Positions 9,183-18,803 of a DNA stretch of 58,336 bases are shown here, one piece after another. The notes below the pieces were generated by a model. The model was not told the origin of the DNA and ran no database searches. It saw only the letters and a list, made by a program, of their open reading frames with translations. The position numbers and the translations under genes are program-made. Positions within the stretch are counted from its first letter, which is position 1; each line of letters starts with the position of its first letter. Origin of the DNA: a virus (lineage: Duplodnaviria > Caudoviricetes); IMG/VR virus record IMGVR_UViG_3300035388_000018, positions 1 to 58,336 of that record. One strand, written 5' to 3'.

Positions 9183-10448
9183 ATGTCACAGTTTGGCAAT
9201 TTTTTTATAACCGATGCCGGCGCGGACCTGCTGTCAAAGGTCCAGGCAGGCGGAACGCTTCAGTTCAATCGTTTGGCTATAGGGGATGGGACATGGCCTG
9301 ATGCCGGCGCGGACAATTCGGCCATGACCGGCCTTTTAAGTGAAAAGGTCACCATGGGCATCCAAACCCTGACGGCGATAGGCGGCGGAAAGGCCAATTT
9401 AGCCTCTATTATGATGTATGCCGACCTGCTGTCTACCGGTTTTTATGGCCGTGAATTGGGGTTATTTGCTCAAGATCCGGACAATGGAGAAATTCTATTT
9501 TCGGCGGCTTATTCCGGGGATCTATCCGACTGGATACCGGCCACAACTGAGGTCCCGGCCTATGAGCATGCTTATAACCTGGGAATTGCTATAGGAAGTG
9601 CGACTACATTGACCGTACAGGTCGACCAGACGATTGTTACCGCTACGGTACAGAATCTTAACGATCATGCTGCCCTGACAGACCCGCATAGCGCAACCAG
9701 CGCGGCCACAGCCAGTCGCCTTGTTCTCAGGGATACAAACGGCCGGGCGCAGGTCAATGCGCCTGCTGTTGCGGCGGATATTGCACGTCTGGCCGAAGTG
9801 GACGCGGAAGCTACGCTCAGGGGTAATGCCGATAGTGCAGAAGCTTCCACACGGCAATCCGCTGACAGTACGCTCCAAGAAAATATTGATTCGGAAGCTA
9901 CGCTCAGGGCCAATGCGGACATTGCCCATGCTGCTTTAACCCACCTTGCGTTGGGGGAGACTTCCGCTATGGCCTACAGGGGCGATAGAGGCAAGGTAGC
10001 TTATGACCATCGCGCTTTAACGAATAACCCGCATGCTGTGACGGCTGCGCAACTTGGAGCGGCTGCGATTCTTACACAAATCAAAACCGTTGATGGCCCT
10101 GGTACCGGCCTGGATGCTGATTTGCTGGACGGAAAACATGCAAGCGAATTCTGGGATGATGCCGCCGGGGTATGCAGCCTTGCATCTAATGGCTACCAGA
10201 AATTTCCCAGCGGACTTATTCTCCAATGGGGTGTAAAAGATTATGTCCATTACAGTACTGATGAGGAAGTAACTTTCCCAATCGCCTTTCTTAATGCTTG
10301 TTTACAGGGCTTTACGGTACAAGGGGCAAAGGTTGGTATCGAGACGTTTTTCGGTGGGGCTGTTTATAATTTGACCAAAACTCAAATGACGCTTTTTAAT
10401 ATGGCAACCACCAACGTGATAATGCGTTGGTTTGCAATTGGTTATTAA
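9183..10448 (+). CDS. Tail fibre protein
   Basis: N-terminal collar-type domain (IT.AG..LL, AIGDG, GFY.RELGLFA.DPD.GEIL), E...R..AD coiled-coil repeats, GLDADLLDGKH, and a C-terminal NGYQKFPSGLILQWG...FPIAF...WFAIGY tip. Confidence 0.9.
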   Translation: MSQFGNFFITDAGADLLSKVQAGGTLQFNRLAIGDGTWPDAGADNSAMTGLLSEKVTMGIQTLTAIGGGKANLASIMMYADLLSTGFYGRELGLFAQDPDNGEILFSAAYSGDLSDWIPATTEVPAYEHAYNLGIAIGSATTLTVQVDQTIVTATVQNLNDHAALTDPHSATSAATASRLVLRDTNGRAQVNAPAVAADIARLAEVDAEATLRGNADSAEASTRQSADSTLQENIDSEATLRANADIAHAALTHLALGETSAMAYRGDRGKVAYDHRALTNNPHAVTAAQLGAAAILTQIKTVDGPGTGLDADLLDGKHASEFWDDAAGVCSLASNGYQKFPSGLILQWGVKDYVHYSTDEEVTFPIAFLNACLQGFTVQGAKVGIETFFGGAVYNLTKTQMTLFNMATTNVIMRWFAIGY

Positions 10449-10463
10449 AAAAGAGAGGGTTTG

Positions 10464-11033
10464 ATGGGACAAAAACACGCTACATTCAACGACAATGGGG
10501 TTCCGGTGGCTTTTTACAGCACGGAAGTCCATGGGGAACTCAATGCGCCCGGATGCATGATCCCGGATAATGCCGAAGCTATCACTACCGGCGATTGGAA
10601 AAAATATATATCCGGTAATTATTACCAGTCGAAGGGTGCGTGTACGCTTATTCCGGCTCCGGTTGAAAGCCTGGAAGATACCAAGAGTGCGGCATACCAA
10701 AGGATCAACATAGCCCGTCTTAAAGTGGTGGATGGGGGCGTCGAGTGGAATGGCTATATCTGGGATTCTGACGAAACCAGCCGAAACAACTTGACCGGTT
10801 CGATTTCCGGGTTTCAAGCGGGATTGTTCGCGGCCGATCCGGAGACAGGCATCGTCATTACCTGGCGGACAGCGGATAATCAGGATATCGAATTAACTGC
10901 GGTTGAATTGTTGGGCATGGCGGGCGCCATGCTGAACCACGTAAACACTCAATACCAAAGATCATGGGTACTGAAACAACAAATAAATGCCGCGACCACG
11001 GTCGAAGCGGTGGCGGCGATCATCTGGACCTAA
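10464..11033 (+). CDS. Tail fibre assembly chaperone (DUF4376-like)
   Basis: FY..EVHG N-terminus; DSD..SR.N, W.TADN....L, LK.QI.AATT.E.V.AI.W; follows the fibre gene. Confidence 0.8.
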   Translation: MGQKHATFNDNGVPVAFYSTEVHGELNAPGCMIPDNAEAITTGDWKKYISGNYYQSKGACTLIPAPVESLEDTKSAAYQRINIARLKVVDGGVEWNGYIWDSDETSRNNLTGSISGFQAGLFAADPETGIVITWRTADNQDIELTAVELLGMAGAMLNHVNTQYQRSWVLKQQINAATTVEAVAAIIWT

Positions 11034-11060
11034 AATCAATGTGCATGAAAGGACGTTTTT

Positions 11061-11666
11061 ATGAAAACAATCGGTTTTGTAAATTTTAACCCCAAGGGCC
11101 TGAAACCCTTGACGGATGAGCTTGAAAAGAAACACAAGCTGCCCGTTGTCGATGTGAAGGCGCCCAACATGCCAAAGCGTGAGGACGGGTTCCAGGTCAA
11201 GACGGCCACCTTTACTTTTGAGAGCGGTCAAAAAATGGTCCTGAAGATCAAGGCGAACGGTACTATTTTTCAGGTCCGGCTTAACGGTAAGGTTATTCCG
11301 GTGAAAAACTCTGAAGACTTGCACGTTCCCCAGAATTTCAAAAAAGCCGTCAAGGAAATGGCGAATTTTGTCAAGAAAAACGAGCCCGCCTACACAAAAC
11401 AGAAGGCCAAGCGATTAAATAAGGCGGTGGGCCCCAAACCGAAGCGGGTTAGCGCGAGTGTAGCCAAACAACTTTCTTTCAAGAAATCTTTATTGGAAGA
11501 TTTAAAGGCGGAGGCCACCGAACTGGGGCAGGAATTGACGGAACAAAAAGGCGTTGCCGACACAAAGACGTCAAACCTTGAAGCCTTGAAAGCCGAACTT
11601 AAAACCGAACAGGACCGTAACGAGGCCCTGCAAACCGAATACAATCAACTGTTGGAGGCAGCATAA
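11061..11666 (+). CDS. hdf: Hdf (homolog of DarA fragment), capsid-internal protein
   Basis: KREDGF.VK...F.FESGQ, G.IFQV.LNGK.IP, C-terminal coiled coil; directly upstream of darA. Confidence 0.8.
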   Translation: MKTIGFVNFNPKGLKPLTDELEKKHKLPVVDVKAPNMPKREDGFQVKTATFTFESGQKMVLKIKANGTIFQVRLNGKVIPVKNSEDLHVPQNFKKAVKEMANFVKKNEPAYTKQKAKRLNKAVGPKPKRVSASVAKQLSFKKSLLEDLKAEATELGQELTEQKGVADTKTSNLEALKAELKTEQDRNEALQTEYNQLLEAA

Positions 11667-14600
11667 TGAATAATCCCTATGCCGATGGCACAAAAGTTAC
11701 CCTGGGGCTGGATCTGTTCGCCCGTGGGTTCTCTCAAAAAGAACTGGATGCCGCTTATTATGATTTAACGGCGGATCCGGATCAAGAAAGCCTGTTGTTT
11801 GAAACCGCTTCTTTTCAGGACATCGATGACGAATACAACCCGGGCGAACTGGAAATGATTCTTGAATCGATTCGGGTTAAGAAATTCTCACAGACCGCTT
11901 CAAAAATGAAAGCCCTGGTACGGGTTCTGAATAAAAACGCCAAAAAAGAGATTACGGCGGAACCGGCCATGATCGGAAAGCCCCGAAAGTCGGGTATGTT
12001 TGCGACTGTCACGGTGCAAATTCCTTTCACTGATGGGCAGGTCCTCAGTATTGTTTTTCATAGCCCCGGCGGTGATGAGCGCAAGATCCTGGCTGATGAC
12101 GCGATTATCGCTTTTCGCTGGTTGCTGAACAAAAGGGATATCACACACGCGGTATCACCGGAAAAGGGCCAGAATGTAAGCCTGGAAAAGATCAGTAAGC
12201 GGATAATGCAGATCACGGCCAAAAACTCCGAGATATTCCAGAAAAAACAGTCTGAAATCAAGGCACAAAAAACGGAACTGGCCGAAACGACCACGGCTAT
12301 TGATACGCAGGAAAAGCAGAAACAAGAGACCCTGGCCACGATCACCGAAGTTAAGGCGCAGGCCGAAACCGCTGATGAGGATATTGGTGTCCTGCAGGCC
12401 CGTATTGAAAAGCTCAAAGAGGACAATGCCGACCTTGAAAACTCTCTTGAGGCTTTAAAAAAGAAACGGGCCGAAGAAAAAGTGAGAAATGACGCGATTG
12501 ATGAAACGAAACGGCTACAGGCATTGGGCGCAGAGCATGTCCCGGGCCTTCGCTTTCAGGATACGGAAGATGCCGGCCGAACATGGGAGTATTTTCAGTC
12601 GGGCAATCTGACGCAGGACCAGTGGGACAGCTATGTCAAGGATTTGTATAAATCCGGAAAAGCTACGGAACCTGAAATTGAAAACATCGATGATATTAAA
12701 TGGGATGATCTAAAAGAACTCTTTACCTCCGCAAAAACAGAGGCAAGGCGTGAGGTCATAAGGGGTGAAATAAAAAAACGTACTGAAAATCTTGGCGGTT
12801 TATCCTTGGCGGAACTTCGGACGCTTTACAAAAGCACTGAATCCCGGGACAAACAAGATGCGGTGCTTCAGGAAATTGAAAAACGTGTCGCTAACGGTGA
12901 AGATGATGTGTCGGAAACCGAATCAAATGCCGATAAAATAAAAGGCATTCTCATCCTTGGTGACCGTCCCACCGAGGCACCTGTCGGCAGTCTGATTTTT
13001 AATGCCCCCCGGCCCATTGTCGGGCATGAAGAGTGGCAGGGTGACTTTGCCCATGGCCGTTTCTATACCGCCGTCGATCCCAAGGGGGACCGGGCGGATT
13101 GGATGATTGAAGAGAACCGCAAGATGGACGCCTATGTCGCTGAATTTCGAAATAAGGCGGAAACCTTGGCACTTGCAAAGGCCTGGTTCCGGGCAGAATA
13201 TCCGCAATATGCCGACAAACAAGAGGCCCGGGAAGATTCAGATGAAGATTATATCCGGTCTTTCCATGCGCGTATGGAAAAAATCAAGACATACGGGGAA
13301 CTCAAAAAGGTACTTGCTATATACGGTGCCATGGTCGGCAAAACGGGCACCGAACCCGAGCCCGAAAAAGAAACGGTCTCAATCCTGCCGGCAAAAGAGC
13401 AGAAGGGAAACCCGGCAAAGCGGGCGGCCAGAATCCTGCATAAGCTGAAGCTGGAAGCCCGGGCCATGAAAAACGACTTTCATGTGAAGCTGAAAAACGG
13501 GGCCTGGATGGATTTATCCATTGAAACCCATGATACCGACTCCATGGATGGTGACGGCGGCAAGCGGATCTATTTCACTCAGTACATAAAAGAGGGCGGT
13601 GACCTGATTATTGATTCTGAAATGGTTTTTGTCACCAATGCCTATACCGGATACCTGAAGCTTGCGGAGATCGGTTATCGGGGACCCATGGGCGAAGTCA
13701 GAAAAACCAATATCGGGCGGCCGGAAAGCAGCTGGGCAAACATGTTCTCAAAAAATTTGATTGATCAGGGGTATGACAAAGCGTCACCGGCCGAAGTCGA
13801 GACTGAAACCAAAAATCTGAAGCAACTCATTGCCAAAATAAAGGAAGAAAAGGATCAGAACAAAAAGGCTGACCTTTGGTATGACGCCGATCTGAACACT
13901 TCCGAAGGCAATCAGGCCGTCAGGGAAATGGTGATGTCGCTTCCGGCTGGACAGTACAAGCTACACAGCCGGGAATATGGCACAAATCTCGTAGACCTTA
14001 TGTATGAGCTTTACGGAAAAATGCCAAGTAATATGGTTGATGAGCCGTTGCTTTTAGGGTTGACAACGACAAATCCCGAAAAAGTGAATGCTACATTCAC
14101 TCACGACATGGATTCGGTGACCATAAATAGCGACAAAGCCAATGCTCCGACGATTGATGATGTCAAGGCATGGATGCGGACAAATACCAGCCTTGACCTT
14201 GACACCGAGGACCCTGAAAACGGTGAAATAGCGTATTCCACCAGGCAAAGTGGTGATGTCGGCAACGAGACACCGGGAAAAGGCGACATCGAATATGTAG
14301 GTAAAATAGCCAAAAAGCTTACAGCGCAATTCCCTGGTGTACAGACTTCTCGGGAAACGGTTGATGAGTATGTGATACTTACCATTTCCGGTTGTAAGCC
14401 CGAAATCGGCACGGGGACCGACCCCGGGCCTGATACCAAGATCGATCCCCCCGATATCCCTGAAAAAATGGTGTCAATTTTAAACGCTTTCGATGCCGGT
14501 AACATGGGTGAAGCTGATTATTCGGAAGCTTCGTACCAAATCGTGGATGAATTCACGGCGGATGAAGTCAAGGATGCCAGCGGGATATTGAAAAATTACA

Positions 14601-14929
14601 CTGAATCCGATTCCTACCGGGCCATGTCTGAGCCAGAACAAGACAAGTACAACCACTGGGCGCAGGTTTTATTTATGGCCATGGTCGCTATGAATAAAGA
14701 CATAAATAAACCGGATCCTGAACCTGAACCCGGCCCGGACCTGGACGAAGGCACTTTGCAAATAGCGGATGATCTTCTGTCCGGCGCATATGATGACATC
14801 CCCATGGACGAGCTGTCAGACCTCATTGAGCCGATCTTCGACCTTGACGAAGGTAAGTATATGGACCTGATGGAAAAAGTTGATTCTTACGCAACTGAGC
14901 TAACCAAAAAGAAAGCGCAGGCCGCATAA
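11666..14929 (+). CDS. darA: DarA antirestriction/head-internal protein with extra inserted domains
   Basis: DarA N-domain (IPF.DGQ.LSI.FHSP, AFRWLLNKRDITH.V.P), coiled coil, Pro/Glu linkers, C-terminal helical domain. Confidence 0.85.
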   Translation: MNNPYADGTKVTLGLDLFARGFSQKELDAAYYDLTADPDQESLLFETASFQDIDDEYNPGELEMILESIRVKKFSQTASKMKALVRVLNKNAKKEITAEPAMIGKPRKSGMFATVTVQIPFTDGQVLSIVFHSPGGDERKILADDAIIAFRWLLNKRDITHAVSPEKGQNVSLEKISKRIMQITAKNSEIFQKKQSEIKAQKTELAETTTAIDTQEKQKQETLATITEVKAQAETADEDIGVLQARIEKLKEDNADLENSLEALKKKRAEEKVRNDAIDETKRLQALGAEHVPGLRFQDTEDAGRTWEYFQSGNLTQDQWDSYVKDLYKSGKATEPEIENIDDIKWDDLKELFTSAKTEARREVIRGEIKKRTENLGGLSLAELRTLYKSTESRDKQDAVLQEIEKRVANGEDDVSETESNADKIKGILILGDRPTEAPVGSLIFNAPRPIVGHEEWQGDFAHGRFYTAVDPKGDRADWMIEENRKMDAYVAEFRNKAETLALAKAWFRAEYPQYADKQEAREDSDEDYIRSFHARMEKIKTYGELKKVLAIYGAMVGKTGTEPEPEKETVSILPAKEQKGNPAKRAARILHKLKLEARAMKNDFHVKLKNGAWMDLSIETHDTDSMDGDGGKRIYFTQYIKEGGDLIIDSEMVFVTNAYTGYLKLAEIGYRGPMGEVRKTNIGRPESSWANMFSKNLIDQGYDKASPAEVETETKNLKQLIAKIKEEKDQNKKADLWYDADLNTSEGNQAVREMVMSLPAGQYKLHSREYGTNLVDLMYELYGKMPSNMVDEPLLLGLTTTNPEKVNATFTHDMDSVTINSDKANAPTIDDVKAWMRTNTSLDLDTEDPENGEIAYSTRQSGDVGNETPGKGDIEYVGKIAKKLTAQFPGVQTSRETVDEYVILTISGCKPEIGTGTDPGPDTKIDPPDIPEKMVSILNAFDAGNMGEADYSEASYQIVDEFTADEVKDASGILKNYTESDSYRAMSEPEQDKYNHWAQVLFMAMVAMNKDINKPDPEPEPGPDLDEGTLQIADDLLSGAYDDIPMDELSDLIEPIFDLDEGKYMDLMEKVDSYATELTKKKAQAA

Positions 14930-14940
14930 AAGAACCTTAA

Positions 14941-14971
14941 AAGGTGCCCGTGGATTATTCCCGGGCACCTT
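14941..14971 (+). terminator. Stem-loop after darA
   Basis: AAGGTGCCCG...CGGGCACCTT inverted repeat; no strong U-tract. Confidence 0.4.
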
Positions 14972-14995
14972 ACCCGGGATAAAAGGAGTATGAGA

Positions 14996-15331
14996 ATGGC
15001 GTTATCATTTAAAGAACGGAACAAGATCCGGAAACAGATCGGACAGCAAACAGCACAGCTTGAAGGGGCCGAAGGGCTTACTTTCAAGGAAAAAAACCGT
15101 ATCCGGAAAGAAATAGGCCAATTGCTTGCACAGCTGGAAGCTGAAATTGACAAAAAACCCGAAGTCAAAAACGAAAAACTGACGGCCCTTATCGCCGGCA
15201 AGTATAATACCGAAAAGCCTGAGCGTTTCTTGGTCATTTTGCAGGAAATCGTTGACGAAATACAGGACATCGAGCCCGTAAAAGAACCTGTCATTCAGTA
15301 CATCGAAAAATATGAAGAGAAAAAAGAATGA
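14996..15331 (+). CDS. ddrA: DdrA-like protein
   Basis: About 112 aa directly after darA; duplicated N-terminal helix and L.A.K....F...L....VK C-terminal pattern as recalled for P1 DdrA. Confidence 0.65.
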   Translation: MALSFKERNKIRKQIGQQTAQLEGAEGLTFKEKNRIRKEIGQLLAQLEAEIDKKPEVKNEKLTALIAGKYNTEKPERFLVILQEIVDEIQDIEPVKEPVIQYIEKYEEKKE

Positions 15332-18231
15332 AACGATTTTTTGCCGCGGCGTCCATAAACTCCACCGATGCTGATTCCATTCAGAAAGTACATGTTGATC
15401 CGGTAACCATCCTGATAGACGGGGATGTTTGCCTGGTCGGCACGTCTTCTCAGTTTGAAACTTATGTACTGGATGCGGATTCGGGGCAAGCGGAGTCGTC
15501 ACAAGACGTTCTATTGCCCTTTGGTGAAACTGGGCCCAAACGCTGGATACGACACGTTGACGCGGATATTGTCGATGCCGTGTTGAAAAAGCATGAGCAT
15601 GCCAACAAAGCCCTTATCGACACCTATAGCCAGACCAATGCCAATATAGGCGATGCTATCACAAAGAAGCATGCACAGCTTTGTGCATCTGCCGATTTCA
15701 CCAAGCTTGGTGGTATTGAGGTGGGGGCCAATAAATACGTCCATCCGGCTGCCCATGTGATTACAGAAGTGACAGGCCTTCAAACGGCTTTGGATGGAAA
15801 ATCTGATGATGGTCATATCCATGATGGCCGATATTACACCGAAGCCGAAACAGACCAGAAGATTGCAGCCCTTGTCGAATCCGCACCGGAGACCCTGGAC
15901 ACTCTAAACGAGCTGGCCGCGGCACTGGACGATGATCCAAATTTTGCAACCACTGTTGCTACCCAGATCGGGACAAAGGTTGATAAAGTCGCTGGCAAAG
16001 GCTTGTCTACAAACGATTACACGGACGCTGAACAGACAAAGCTTACGGGGATTGCGGCGGGCGCCCAGGTTAACACAATCGATGCCGGTGGCGGTTTGGC
16101 CGCTTTGGACGCCACGGCCGATACAAAGCTTGAGGGGATTGAAACGGGGGCTAACAAATATGCTCACCCTGTAACCCATCCGGCCGGTATTATCGTGCAG
16201 GATGCGGCCAACCGATTCTTTACTGACACTGAGCGAACAAAGCTTACAGGGATAGCGACGGGCGCTAATAAGTATGTCCACCCTACCGCCCATACTATCG
16301 CGGAGGTAACCGGGCTGCAAGGTGCCCTGGATGGCAAATCTGACACGGGACACGGTCATGCTATTGGAGACACATCCGGGTTACAAACAGCCCTAGACGG
16401 GAAGTCTGCTACGTCTCACAACCATGATAGCAAATATTTAGGGATATCGGCAAAGGCCGCTGATTCGGAAAAGTTGGATGGAGTTAACGGGGGTGATTTC
16501 CTTAAAAAGTCGGAGGATTACGTCGCTGGCCACCATGCTGAAGGTCGGGCGCTAATAAGTGCATCTCTTACCAATGATTTCGGCAACCTTCGACATAGGG
16601 GCGGTGAATTTATTTTCACGAATATTTCCCCCGGTGACAATACAATTGATTATATGTTTGATGGGTTGTCTACTTTTCTTTCTATGGCAGTGGCTTCAAC
16701 CACCTTCCCGGTTGTCATTGAGTTTACGTTACCAAGGAAATTAACATATAGTGCTTATATAGGTATCGGCTTCGGCAGCACCAGTTGGAGGACCAACGGT
16801 GTAAAAATAGAAGCCTTCAGTGAAGGTGGCTGGGTCACGGTGGTGGACACTATAACCAATTCTTCAGAAGATATCTTCGCACAGATTCCAGGGAATTCCA
16901 GCATAGGCACAACCAAAGTCCGATACACGTTGACCGACCCAAACACAACGTCAGTTCGCATCTGCCACTTGTGGGGCTATAACTATAATTCGGCAATGTG
17001 GTCAGAGCTTCAGATGCCCCGCGTTGGTGGTAAAATGTATGGCAGTCTGGAAGTGGAAGGGGATGTAACGCTATCAGGCACCGTTGATAGTCGAGACCTT
17101 ACCGCAGATGGCACAAAGCTTGATGGCATAGCGACCAGTGCCAATCTTTACACACACCCAGCAAATCACCCTGGATCAATCATAACCCAGGATTCAACTC
17201 ACAGGTTTGCAACGGATACGGAAAAAACAACCTGGAATGACAAGAGCAATTTAGCCCTGGGCGAAACGTCAGTTACAGCATATCGAGGTGATAGGGGCAA
17301 GACGGGATATGACCATTCCCAGGTTGCACACGCACCGACAGGCGCCCAGGTTAATACCATTGACGCTGGTGACGGCTTGGCGGCGTTAGATTCGGCGGCC
17401 GATACCAAGCTTGACGGGATTGCGACCAGTGCAAATAACTATTCTCACCCGGCAACCCATCCGCCGTCAATCATTGTTCAAGACATAACGAACCGATTTG
17501 TAACAGATGCAGAAAAGGCAGCGTGGACAGCTAAAAGCGATTTAGCTTTGGGAGAGACTTTATCGACCGCTTACCGTGGGGATCTTGGTAAACTTGGGTA
17601 CGATCATTCAAAGATACTCCATGCCCCCAGTAACGCCAATTATTACGAGCATCCTGCAACTCACCCAGCAAGCGTTATCGTACAAGATGCCAGTAATCGG
17701 TTTTTTACGGATACTGAACGGACCAAGCTTACGGGCATTGCAACCGGCGCTAACCTTTATTCTCACCCGGCGAACCATGCAATCGCAGTTATTACCGGCC
17801 TCCAAACGGCCTTGGACGGTAAGTCAGCTACAACCCACGTCCATGATAGCAGGTACTATACGGAATCAGAGGTAAATGCCCTTTTGGCTGGTATTGGTGG
17901 GGGCGCTAAGTTTAAAACAGGTCAGTACACGGGTAATGGGTCTACCAGTCAAGCCATCACGGGGGTTGGGTTTACTCCAAGATACGTGGCCATTAGATAC
18001 CGAACAACGAGCTCAGCTGACGGCGCTTACTTCATCCGCACCGATCAAGAAATAACTGATTATTGTATGGTGATTAAAGGAGAAATTGATGCCCTGGAAG
18101 TTCCTTTAACTCAAATGTTAGACGACTGTATCATTTCTTTGGATGCTGATGGCTTTACAGTGGATGATATTGGCAACCCTGGTGACCCCAACTACTCCGG
18201 CAGAACATACATTTACGTTGCTATAGGATAA
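15328..18231 (+). CDS. Second long fibre protein with His-rich repeats
   Basis: APETLDTLNELAAAL..DPNFA, repeated HP..HP..II.QD..NRF.TD.E..KL.GI, GLQ.ALDGKS, H.HD.RYYTE.E; C-terminal GQYTGNG...GF.P...YVAIG. Confidence 0.85.
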   Translation: MKRFFAAASINSTDADSIQKVHVDPVTILIDGDVCLVGTSSQFETYVLDADSGQAESSQDVLLPFGETGPKRWIRHVDADIVDAVLKKHEHANKALIDTYSQTNANIGDAITKKHAQLCASADFTKLGGIEVGANKYVHPAAHVITEVTGLQTALDGKSDDGHIHDGRYYTEAETDQKIAALVESAPETLDTLNELAAALDDDPNFATTVATQIGTKVDKVAGKGLSTNDYTDAEQTKLTGIAAGAQVNTIDAGGGLAALDATADTKLEGIETGANKYAHPVTHPAGIIVQDAANRFFTDTERTKLTGIATGANKYVHPTAHTIAEVTGLQGALDGKSDTGHGHAIGDTSGLQTALDGKSATSHNHDSKYLGISAKAADSEKLDGVNGGDFLKKSEDYVAGHHAEGRALISASLTNDFGNLRHRGGEFIFTNISPGDNTIDYMFDGLSTFLSMAVASTTFPVVIEFTLPRKLTYSAYIGIGFGSTSWRTNGVKIEAFSEGGWVTVVDTITNSSEDIFAQIPGNSSIGTTKVRYTLTDPNTTSVRICHLWGYNYNSAMWSELQMPRVGGKMYGSLEVEGDVTLSGTVDSRDLTADGTKLDGIATSANLYTHPANHPGSIITQDSTHRFATDTEKTTWNDKSNLALGETSVTAYRGDRGKTGYDHSQVAHAPTGAQVNTIDAGDGLAALDSAADTKLDGIATSANNYSHPATHPPSIIVQDITNRFVTDAEKAAWTAKSDLALGETLSTAYRGDLGKLGYDHSKILHAPSNANYYEHPATHPASVIVQDASNRFFTDTERTKLTGIATGANLYSHPANHAIAVITGLQTALDGKSATTHVHDSRYYTESEVNALLAGIGGGAKFKTGQYTGNGSTSQAITGVGFTPRYVAIRYRTTSSADGAYFIRTDQEITDYCMVIKGEIDALEVPLTQMLDDCIISLDADGFTVDDIGNPGDPNYSGRTYIYVAIG

Positions 18232-18238
18232 AAATATT

Positions 18239-18781
18239 ATGAAAGCATTTATCAGAGTAAACCAGGACAACGAAATAGTCTGTAGAGCAACTGAAACGTG
18301 CAATCTGCATGGCGAAGGCACAGATTATCTTGTTGCCGATGAATCGGCAAATCCCGGGTATTCATGGACTCCCGAGTATGAAGATCAAGGTGTCACCGTG
18401 GGGGTTTTAGGCCCTGACCCTATGGAAATTGTTTTGGCGAAGAAAGCAAATGAAATTAAAACCGCCTTTTATACGGCGGCTGCGCAGCCGGTACCCATTG
18501 AGGTCAACGGAATCACATTTCAAATGGATGGCAAAAAAGACAGTGGGCGGCTCCTGAATGACGGTATTACGTTGGCTGAGTTGGCCGGAGAGACTACCAT
18601 TGACGTCATTGATTATTACAATGTGCCGCATTTCGGGATTTCCCTGGTTGATGCTAAGGAGATCGCTAAACAACAAGCTCTTGCGTTCAGAGCTAATTAT
18701 TACATTCGCGCAGGTTTGCGTTATCAGGTTGAGGTCGCGCCTGATGTTGCTACATTGACTGCGATAACCTGGCCTACCTAA
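18239..18781 (+). CDS. Fibre assembly chaperone (DUF4376-like)
   Basis: Follows the fibre gene; C-terminal LR.QV..A.....L.AI.W. Confidence 0.65.
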   Translation: MKAFIRVNQDNEIVCRATETCNLHGEGTDYLVADESANPGYSWTPEYEDQGVTVGVLGPDPMEIVLAKKANEIKTAFYTAAAQPVPIEVNGITFQMDGKKDSGRLLNDGITLAELAGETTIDVIDYYNVPHFGISLVDAKEIAKQQALAFRANYYIRAGLRYQVEVAPDVATLTAITWPT

Positions 18782-18803
18782 TTAGCCAACGTAAAGAGGC
18801 TCC

